DNA from: Lishizhenia sp. | GTDB lineage: Bacteria; Bacteroidota; Bacteroidia; Flavobacteriales_D; Crocinitomicaceae | NCBI GenBank assembly: GCA_007117355.1 | Contig: SKGS01000031.1 | Coordinates: 24,542 to 88,541 of the forward strand | Direction of reading: 5' to 3' | DNA: 64,000 nucleotides | In this document: piece after piece, positions 57,371-64,000 of the stretch | Position numbering within the stretch: the stretch's first letter is position 1 | How the letters are laid out: every line of letters starts with the position of its first letter | The notes under the pieces: model-generated | The model's database searches: none | Told to the model about the DNA's origin: nothing | Seen by the model: only the letters and a program-made list of their open reading frames with translations | Position numbers and translations under genes: made by a program

Positions 57371-58315
57371 ATGCAGAATCGATTAACAATCAGTGCTTTT
57401 TTTTGTGTTTTGTTGTTTTTTCAACCGATTAAAGCACAGGAAACATCAGCGTCATTTCAAACGAAACATGTCATTGTTTTGGTAATTGATGGCGTTCGAT
57501 TTACGGAAAGTTTCGGTGATGATTCCTGTCGTTACATTCCAAATTTGTGCGAATTAAAATCGGATGGTGTACTTTATGACCAGTTTCGTGCGAATGGACC
57601 ACGTACAACAACGAATGTTGGACATACAGCGTTAGTAACAGGTGTTTACCAACGAATTAGTAATAGTGGTAAAGCATTTCCAAGAAACCCTTCCATGTTT
57701 CAGTATTTCATGAAGCAAAAAGATATTGATAAAAATAAATTATGGGCAATTTCTAGTAAAGGCAAACTTTCCATCATGGGTAATACTAGAAATCGAAAGT
57801 GGAGAAACCGTTTTTTGCCTTCCGTTTATTGCGGTAAAAATGGTAACAATAATGATTACGTTAACGATAGAGAAACATGGAAACAAGTCATGCACGTAAT
57901 GAATACGTATAAGCCTTATTTATCAATTATTAACCTCCTAGCTCCTGATGTTAACGGACATGGCAATAATTGGGAAGGTTATCTTCAAGCAATCAGAAAT
58001 AGCGACGCCTACGCTAGAGAGTTGTGGGAATGGATTCAAAATGATCCAGAGATGAAAGATCAAACAACTTTAATTATCACTAATGACCATGGAAGAAACG
58101 AGGATGGACACAAAGACGGTTTTATTTCACATGGCGATAGAAGTATCGGGAACCGACACATTTTTATGTTAGCCTTGGGACCTGATACAAAAAAGAACGT
58201 GGTGCATAACAAAAAGCGAGAATTAATAGATATTCCTGTAACTATTGCCCATATTTTAGGTTTCGACATGCCAACAGCTAAAGGAGAAGTTATGTGGGAA
58301 ATGTTTTTAAACTAA
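57371..58315 (+). CDS. alkaline-phosphatase-superfamily protein (nucleotide pyrophosphatase/phosphodiesterase-like)
   Basis: Signal peptide. Metal and nucleophile motifs in NPP order: VIDGVR, TTTNVGHTALVTG, DVNGHG, NDHGR, HGD. It starts 12 nt after ftsH. Confidence 0.6.
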   Translation: MQNRLTISAFFCVLLFFQPIKAQETSASFQTKHVIVLVIDGVRFTESFGDDSCRYIPNLCELKSDGVLYDQFRANGPRTTTNVGHTALVTGVYQRISNSGKAFPRNPSMFQYFMKQKDIDKNKLWAISSKGKLSIMGNTRNRKWRNRFLPSVYCGKNGNNNDYVNDRETWKQVMHVMNTYKPYLSIINLLAPDVNGHGNNWEGYLQAIRNSDAYARELWEWIQNDPEMKDQTTLIITNDHGRNEDGHKDGFISHGDRSIGNRHIFMLALGPDTKKNVVHNKKRELIDIPVTIAHILGFDMPTAKGEVMWEMFLN

Positions 58316-58407
58316 TAATTTGTGTAATGATTTTCTGTGATTTGGAATAATAGGCATATTGATGTAGCGTGAAATTAGGATGCGGGTTAAATCTATTTTT
58401 CTAAAAT

Positions 58408-58440
58408 GAAAAAGGCTACCTCAATTAAGTAACCTTTTAA
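58408..58440. terminator. candidate bidirectional terminator between convergent genes
   Basis: aaaggctac / gtaaccttt stem (one mismatch) with A- and T-rich flanks. Confidence 0.35.
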
Positions 58441-58463
58441 CCCTTTTTAATCTAAAAATTGGT

Positions 58464-58907
58464 TTAACGTGTTGGAAAGTCATTCGATTTTTCCTTACGA
58501 TGCATTGATCTTTTCCCTTTTTTATGGTGATGCTTTTTCATCTTCTCCTTACGCTTTGCATGTTCTTCCTTTTCGAATATCATCCAAGCCTCTAAAAGTT
58601 CAGCATCATTAAGTGCAGCCTTTACATTTTGATCTTTTTTAGCTTTATTTTCTTTCCAAAGCTCTTTTCTGCGCTCTCTTTCTGCTTCACGTTGCGCTTT
58701 CATTTCTTCGTGATGCGCCAGTAATGATTTTTTCAAGGCTTCTTTCTGAGCTTCTGTCATTTCATTACTCTCCGCAAATCGTTCAACTTTTGCTTCAACT
58801 CTTTTCTCTGGATTCCAATCTTTCTTAGCGTGGTCTCCTCTTTGTGCTATTGTTCCAAACGTTATCAACGTTAGCGCTAGCATACTTAAAATTCCTTTTG
58901 CTTTCAT
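58464..58907 (-). CDS. secreted Lys/Glu/His-rich helical protein, possibly Spy/CpxP-like
   Basis: Signal peptide followed by a highly charged helical sequence with a single LTxxQ-like motif (MTEAQKEAL) and a basic, His-rich tail (KKHHHKKGKR). The family call is weak. Confidence 0.5.
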   Translation of the reverse strand: MKAKGILSMLALTLITFGTIAQRGDHAKKDWNPEKRVEAKVERFAESNEMTEAQKEALKKSLLAHHEEMKAQREAERERRKELWKENKAKKDQNVKAALNDAELLEAWMIFEKEEHAKRKEKMKKHHHKKGKRSMHRKEKSNDFPTR

Positions 58908-58933
58908 ATCTATAAATTTTATTGATTACACCT

Positions 58934-58941
58934 CAAATATA
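58934..58941 (-). promoter_or_regulatory. -7 promoter box (TAtaTTTG) for the 147-aa secreted protein gene
   Basis: The reverse complement of caaatata matches TAnnTTTG and lies 26 nt upstream of the ATG at 58907. Confidence 0.4.
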
Positions 58942-59019
58942 AAGCCACTTTTTACCAGTATCAATTAAAATCTACCAAATGCGATTTTTTATCGACAGTT
59001 AAGAATAAGCCTACAACAT

Positions 59020-59784
59020 CTACTCTTTCAATTTGGCTTTTTCCCAATACGTATCCATTTCTTCTAAATTCATATCGGATAATGTTTTATTTGAAGCTGC
59101 AACCAATTTTTCCATTTCTTGAAAACGAGAAATAAACTTTTTATTTGTGCGTTCTAACGCCTCCTCGGGATTAACCCCAATGAAACGAGCGTAATTGATA
59201 AGCGCGAAAAGTACATCGCCAAACTCATCAGTGACCCTATCGGAGTTGGCATTTACTTCGACTTCTAATTCTTGGATTTCTTCCTCCACTTTTTCCCAAA
59301 CTTGTGATTTCTTCTCCCAATCAAATCCAACACCTTTTACTTTCTCTTGAATTCTCGCAGCTTTCACTAAAGCAGGAAGTGATTTAGGAACACCTTCTAG
59401 CACAGATGACTTACCTTCTTTTAATTTTAACTTTTCCCAGTTAGCTTTCACTTCTTCTTCATCGACAACTTCAACATCACCATAAATATGAGGATGACGA
59501 TGAATGAGCTTGTCGCAAATACCATTTAGGACATCGGTAATGTTAAATACGCCTTTTTCACTACCAATTTTACTATAAAAAACCATGTGTAGCATCAAGT
59601 CGCCAATTTCACCTTTAATGGCATTCAAGTCATTATCTAGAATTGCATCTCCAAGTTCATACGTTTCTTCGATAGTCAAATGGCGCAATGATTCCATCGT
59701 TTGTTTTTTATCCCAAGGACATTTCTCTCTCAATTCATCCATGATGGTTAACAAACGCTCAAAAGCAACAAGACGGTCATCCAT
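59020..59784 (-). CDS. mazG: nucleoside triphosphate pyrophosphohydrolase MazG
   Basis: Tandem MazG domains, with LREKCPWDKKQT...EETYE in the first and EEFGDVLF-type EExxE/D motifs in the second. The track start at 59835 is a TTG. The ATG at 59784 (MDDRLVAFERLL) matches the usual N-terminus. Confidence 0.88.
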   Translation of the reverse strand: MDDRLVAFERLLTIMDELREKCPWDKKQTMESLRHLTIEETYELGDAILDNDLNAIKGEIGDLMLHMVFYSKIGSEKGVFNITDVLNGICDKLIHRHPHIYGDVEVVDEEEVKANWEKLKLKEGKSSVLEGVPKSLPALVKAARIQEKVKGVGFDWEKKSQVWEKVEEEIQELEVEVNANSDRVTDEFGDVLFALINYARFIGVNPEEALERTNKKFISRFQEMEKLVAASNKTLSDMNLEEMDTYWEKAKLKE

Positions 59785-59925
59785 ATCAATTTTTTCTGCT
59801 AAACTAAGGTTTTTGATGGTTTTCAAGAAAGTCAATTAAGAACTTTTTCAAACAAACGTCAAGAAATAGTATCTTTAGCTGACCAATTGGTTTTCGTTTA
59901 CCGAAACCACAATTTTAACAGAACA

Positions 59926-61149
59926 ATGATTCGAATTTTACACACTTCTGATTGGCATATAGGAAAACAACTTAAAAAAGTTGATTTTTATGAAGACATG
60001 GAACTATTCTTTGAATGGCTTCTTACTACTATAGAAAACGAAGAAATTGACGTGCTTTTAATGTCTGGAGATTTATTTGATTTAGCCAATCCATCGCAAA
60101 CCGCCATGCAGCAATACTACGGTTTCCTGAGAAGAATGATAGATTTGCCGAGGAAATGCAAATGTATTCTCACCGGAGGAAATCATGATTCGGCTTTACT
60201 TTTAAACGCACCAAAACAGTTGTTGCAATTACTCGATATTTCGATTGTTGGTGGAATGCCAGAGCAGCTAAGTGATGTATTTATTCCAATGAACATTAAT
60301 GGTCAAGATTTGGTGGTTGCAGCTGTTCCTTACTTGAGGGATAGAGATATTCGAAAATCTGTGGCAGGGGAGAGCTATGATGAAAAAACTAGTCAATTAC
60401 GCGCAGGATTGAAAGCTTATTTTGATGAAGTAAACACGCATTATAAGGAACATTTTAAAGATATTCCATTCATTATAATGGCGCATTTATTTGCGAGTGG
60501 CGCATCTGTAACAGATAGTGAACGAGACATTCAAATCGGTAATCAAGCTGGAATAGACTCTACAGTTTTTGGGAACGAAGCTACTTATGTTGCATTAGGG
60601 CATATTCATCGACCGCAACGCATTGGAAGTGATTTTATACGCTATTCTGGCTCTCCATTGCCGTTTAGTTTTAGTGAACGAAAAGACGAAAAGTCTGTGG
60701 TTATCTTAACACTTGAAAATAATGAGTTAAAAACCACCATAAAACCTATTCCGTCTTTTCGAAAATTAGTGCATGTGAAAGGTAGTTTGCAAGAGGTTAA
60801 AAAGGTATTAGAAAATTACGCTACCAATTCTCCACAAAAAGATTTATTGGAAGTCCAAATAATGGAACCAACATACAGTGTTACAGTGATTCAAGAAGTA
60901 GCTAATTTGCGGTCTCAATACGAAAACAGTCCTTTTGAAATTGTGAGTGAAAAAGTATTATTTGAAAATCAAGTAAAAGAAACAGGGACGTTATTGCAAA
61001 AAGGTGATCAGATTGGAAATTATTCACCTTTAGAACTTTTTCAAAAACGATTAGACCAAGATGAAGTGCTGAAAAACGATGAGCGATTGATTCACGCTTT
61101 TCAACAGTTAATAGAAGAAATACACCAAGAGCAGCAAGACAAAAATTGA
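59926..61149 (+). CDS. sbcD: exonuclease SbcCD, nuclease subunit SbcD (Mre11 family)
   Basis: Calcineurin-like phosphoesterase motifs ILHTSDWHIG, SGDLFD, GGNHD and LGHIH. I moved the start to the ATG at 59926, since the track TTG is at 59887. Confidence 0.92.
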   Translation: MIRILHTSDWHIGKQLKKVDFYEDMELFFEWLLTTIENEEIDVLLMSGDLFDLANPSQTAMQQYYGFLRRMIDLPRKCKCILTGGNHDSALLLNAPKQLLQLLDISIVGGMPEQLSDVFIPMNINGQDLVVAAVPYLRDRDIRKSVAGESYDEKTSQLRAGLKAYFDEVNTHYKEHFKDIPFIIMAHLFASGASVTDSERDIQIGNQAGIDSTVFGNEATYVALGHIHRPQRIGSDFIRYSGSPLPFSFSERKDEKSVVILTLENNELKTTIKPIPSFRKLVHVKGSLQEVKKVLENYATNSPQKDLLEVQIMEPTYSVTVIQEVANLRSQYENSPFEIVSEKVLFENQVKETGTLLQKGDQIGNYSPLELFQKRLDQDEVLKNDERLIHAFQQLIEEIHQEQQDKN

Positions 61150-61184
61150 ACATTAATCCAATCATTTAAAGAAGTTGAACTACC

Positions 61185-64000
61185 ATGAAGTTACTTTCCA
61201 TACGCATAAAAAATATTAATTCCCTCAAAGGAGAACATCATATTGACTTTACGGCTTCTCCATTGGCTGAAGCTGGATTGTTTGCCATAACTGGTCCAAC
61301 AGGTGCAGGAAAATCTACCTTGTTGGATGCCATTACATTGGCTTTGTTTAATCAAATTCCTCGGGTTGCAGAATCACAAATTACCAAGAAAGTAATTCAA
61401 GAGCAAGGATTACTGCTTACGCATCACACGACTGATGGATATGCCGAAATTGACTACGAAGTAAAAGGAAAACGCTATCGTTCGAGTTGGTCGATTGCGT
61501 ATAACCGAAATAATAACCTCAATGAGCGAAAGCATGAATTGGCAGAAATCCATGAGAATGGTGAAGTAGCAAATTTGATTGAAGATAAAATCAGTCATGT
61601 TGCTGCAGCAAACGAGTCAATTATTGGGTTAAATTATCAGCAATTTATTCAGTCGATGGTGCTGGCACAAGGACAGTTTGCTAAATTATTGCAAGCCAAC
61701 AAAGCAGATAGAAGTAAGTTATTAGAAGAAATCACTGGAGCCAAAATTTACCGTAGAATTGGTCAAAAGGCGTTTCAAAAGTATGCGTTTTTTAAAGGTG
61801 AATTGCATAATCTTTCCTTGCAAAAAAAGGAAATCAAATGTTTTACACAAGAACAACGAAAAGAAAAAGAGCAAGAAATCACCTTGTTGACACCACAAAT
61901 TGTATCGCTTAAAAAGGAGCTGGAAGAACTGCAAAAAGCCATTAACTTAAAAGAACAAATTCAACGAGCGACGCAAAAAATGGCAGCCATTCATGCTGAT
62001 GAACAACTTCATGTAAGGGCATTAAAAGCACTTCAAATCGAACTTCAACGGCTTCAAGTACATGAGCGATTTGCTCCTTTTCAACAAGGTTATTTCAATT
62101 GGAAAAATTTAGAAAAAACGTTGGCTAATCTTAAGAAAGAACAAGCACTCAATAAAGAGAAATTAGAACAACTTCAAGAAAAGCGAGCGAAAGCTTTACA
62201 AGAAGTAGGAGCGTTTTTACAAAAAGCAATTTCAATAGAGACTGTAGAACGAGAATTAGCCATTTTTCAAGATGAGGTGCGTGATTTAGTTCAAAAAGAA
62301 AATGCCCAACTTGAAACATCGAAGCAACACAACACGCGAATCGATGAGGAAGTGGGTAAGCTTAATGAACTAGAATTGTTTCCTTTTGAGCGTTCACAAA
62401 ATTCGCTTCATGATTTGACAAGTTTACTAAAGCAGACCAATGAAGAAATTGCGAGTGCAGGGATTAATTCATTAGCTGAATTAAAAAGTAAAAGAGATGA
62501 ATCGGAGCGTAAAAAACTAAAATTCAGTAATTTGATTTCTGAAAAAAGATTGCAAGAAAGAATTGAGAATTCATTGAAATCTATTCATGCTTCCATTTCA
62601 GAAGTTAATCAACAGCAACAAGTCATTACAAGAGACTTAAAAGCAATAGAAGAAGAAATAATCACGATTCAACCTCAATTAAAAGAGGCTACTTCCAAAC
62701 TTGAAAAGCATCGTCAGTCAATGAGCTTAAATGACTACAGAGCTAAGTTAGTGGATGGTGAACCTTGCCCGCTTTGTGGTTCAGAAGAACATCCTTTAGC
62801 GTCGGAATTTCAAGAAAGTTTAATTCATGAACTCGAAAAGAATCATCAACTTTTAAAGGAAAAACTAGATGGACTAACAACGAAAAAGATTAAGTTGGAA
62901 AGCGATGCTAAGAATGTAAAATCCAATTTAGCTAACTATCAAGCTCAGCTGCAAAAAGACCAAAATGAACTGGGAGAATTGACTGAGAAAATTTCAAATT
63001 TATTAGCAGATTTAGCATTAGAAAAGCAGTTGACTCTAAATGAAATACTTGCAAAAAGTAATCAGGAGGATGCTTTATACCAAAAGTTACATATGCTAGC
63101 AGATTATTTCTCAGCAAAAGCATTGCTTCAAGACCTTGTCAAACTCCAAGAAACGTATTCTGAAGCACGTCATTCCTACATGGAAATTAGCGAAAAACGA
63201 AAGTCGAAATATGAAGGTAAAGATGTTGTTAAAGATGTGGCGAACAGAAAAGAAAACTTGCAAAAGTTGAATAGTAGTTTAGTTGCGCTTAAAGAACAAA
63301 TTGAAAAGAAACAGGATGAAATAACTCAAGTTTCAGTTGAAATAGCACAGTATGAAAAAGCGACATTACCGAAATTAAAAGAAGCTGGAGTTGCTACTAT
63401 CCAAGATTTGGAAACTAAATTTTTAGATGAAGAAAGTGCTAATGAGATAAGGAAAAAAGAACAAGCTGTTCAGCAAAGCTACAGCCAGTGGAAAGGTAAA
63501 AAGGAAACGCAAGAACATCAATTAACAGAATTAAAAAGTCAAGATAAAACACCAGTTGAACTTACTGAATTGTTAAAAAAGAAAGAAACGCATTCTGCAG
63601 ATTTAGAAAAGAAAGAATCGGATTTACGAAAAAATCATGTGCTGTTAGAAGAAGACGATAAACTTCGATTGAGGCATAGCGCATTAGAAAAAGAGGAAGC
63701 ACAAATTAACAAAGAACTAGAAGTGTGGAGTGTTATGAATCAGTTGATTGGTGATTCAACAGGGAACAAATTCTCTAATTTTGTGCAAGACTTAACACTT
63801 GATCAACTGATTGATTTCGCCAATATTCGATTAGATGGTTTATCAGAACGCTATCAACTTTCGAAGCCAACTCAGGAAAATCAAAAATCTTTGTTGGTTG
63901 TCGATAGGCATTTGGGTAACACTGAACGCGCGGTCACTTCTTTATCAGGTGGAGAAACGTTCAAACTTAGTTTAGCTTTAGCACTAGGCCTTTCAGATTT
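61185..64000 (+). CDS. sbcC: exonuclease SbcCD, ATPase subunit SbcC (Rad50 family), 3'-truncated by the window edge
   Basis: This gene is not in the ORF track because no stop codon occurs before the window ends. ATG at 61185 gives MKLLSIRIKNINSLKGEHHIDF, Walker A GPTGAGKST, a long coiled coil, zinc hook CPLCGS (about 62770) and signature LSGGETFKLSLALALGLS at the very end. Confidence 0.9.
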   Translation, partial: MKLLSIRIKNINSLKGEHHIDFTASPLAEAGLFAITGPTGAGKSTLLDAITLALFNQIPRVAESQITKKVIQEQGLLLTHHTTDGYAEIDYEVKGKRYRSSWSIAYNRNNNLNERKHELAEIHENGEVANLIEDKISHVAAANESIIGLNYQQFIQSMVLAQGQFAKLLQANKADRSKLLEEITGAKIYRRIGQKAFQKYAFFKGELHNLSLQKKEIKCFTQEQRKEKEQEITLLTPQIVSLKKELEELQKAINLKEQIQRATQKMAAIHADEQLHVRALKALQIELQRLQVHERFAPFQQGYFNWKNLEKTLANLKKEQALNKEKLEQLQEKRAKALQEVGAFLQKAISIETVERELAIFQDEVRDLVQKENAQLETSKQHNTRIDEEVGKLNELELFPFERSQNSLHDLTSLLKQTNEEIASAGINSLAELKSKRDESERKKLKFSNLISEKRLQERIENSLKSIHASISEVNQQQQVITRDLKAIEEEIITIQPQLKEATSKLEKHRQSMSLNDYRAKLVDGEPCPLCGSEEHPLASEFQESLIHELEKNHQLLKEKLDGLTTKKIKLESDAKNVKSNLANYQAQLQKDQNELGELTEKISNLLADLALEKQLTLNEILAKSNQEDALYQKLHMLADYFSAKALLQDLVKLQETYSEARHSYMEISEKRKSKYEGKDVVKDVANRKENLQKLNSSLVALKEQIEKKQDEITQVSVEIAQYEKATLPKLKEAGVATIQDLETKFLDEESANEIRKKEQAVQQSYSQWKGKKETQEHQLTELKSQDKTPVELTELLKKKETHSADLEKKESDLRKNHVLLEEDDKLRLRHSALEKEEAQINKELEVWSVMNQLIGDSTGNKFSNFVQDLTLDQLIDFANIRLDGLSERYQLSKPTQENQKSLLVVDRHLGNTERAVTSLSGGETFKLSLALALGLSD

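Noticed and set aside
61410-63123. Minus-strand ORFs of 62-70 aa within the last 3 kb
   Set aside because: They are antisense to the continuous sbcC reading frame, which runs from 61185 to the window end with Walker A, zinc hook and signature motifs.

Overview
This 64-kb window looks like chromosomal DNA from a low-GC member of the Bacteroidota, probably Flavobacteriia-like. Three things support this. Four secreted proteins carry type IX secretion (T9SS) C-terminal sorting domains, three of type A and one of type B. There are SprB, PKD and GEVED adhesin-type modules. Several genes are preceded by the Bacteroidetes -7 promoter box TAnnTTTG 17-45 nt upstream of the best ATG.

I can support about 44 protein-coding genes. 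Most are housekeeping: typA, lpdA, pruA, a CapD-like sugar dehydratase, prmC, ligA, dapA, secA, pyc, hutU, fabF, ftsH, mazG and sbcCD. sbcC is missing from the ORF track because it runs off the 3' end of the window. I found no rRNA, tRNA, CRISPR array or intact mobile element.

The regions that do not look like ordinary core genome are:
1. A roughly 3.3-kb AT-rich islet (26.4-29.7 kb). It holds two RelE/ParE toxin-antitoxin pairs, one of them tightly joined to an XRE regulator, plus a twice-frameshifted CHC2 primase relic and a lot of non-coding DNA.
2. A very AT-rich orphan PD-(D/E)XK-motif gene (39.4-40.5 kb).
3. A tightly packed TetR-ABC-HlyD-TolC operon. Its ABC nucleotide-binding domain keeps only Walker A and has lost the Q-loop, signature, Walker B/catalytic Glu and H-loop residues.
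4. An uncharacterised ORF upstream of pyc with a RIO/Kdo-kinase-like motif set.
5. Several structured non-coding elements: nested inverted repeats at 19.4-19.6 kb, a 132-nt imperfect palindrome at 35.6-35.7 kb, and a two-copy dispersed module at 26.56 kb and 45.77 kb.
6. A small membrane-protein gene split by a single in-frame TAA.

All family assignments come from reading motifs by eye. No database search, HMM scan or structure prediction was possible. Several ORF-track starts are TTG-initiated extensions, and I moved these to the first plausible ATG.
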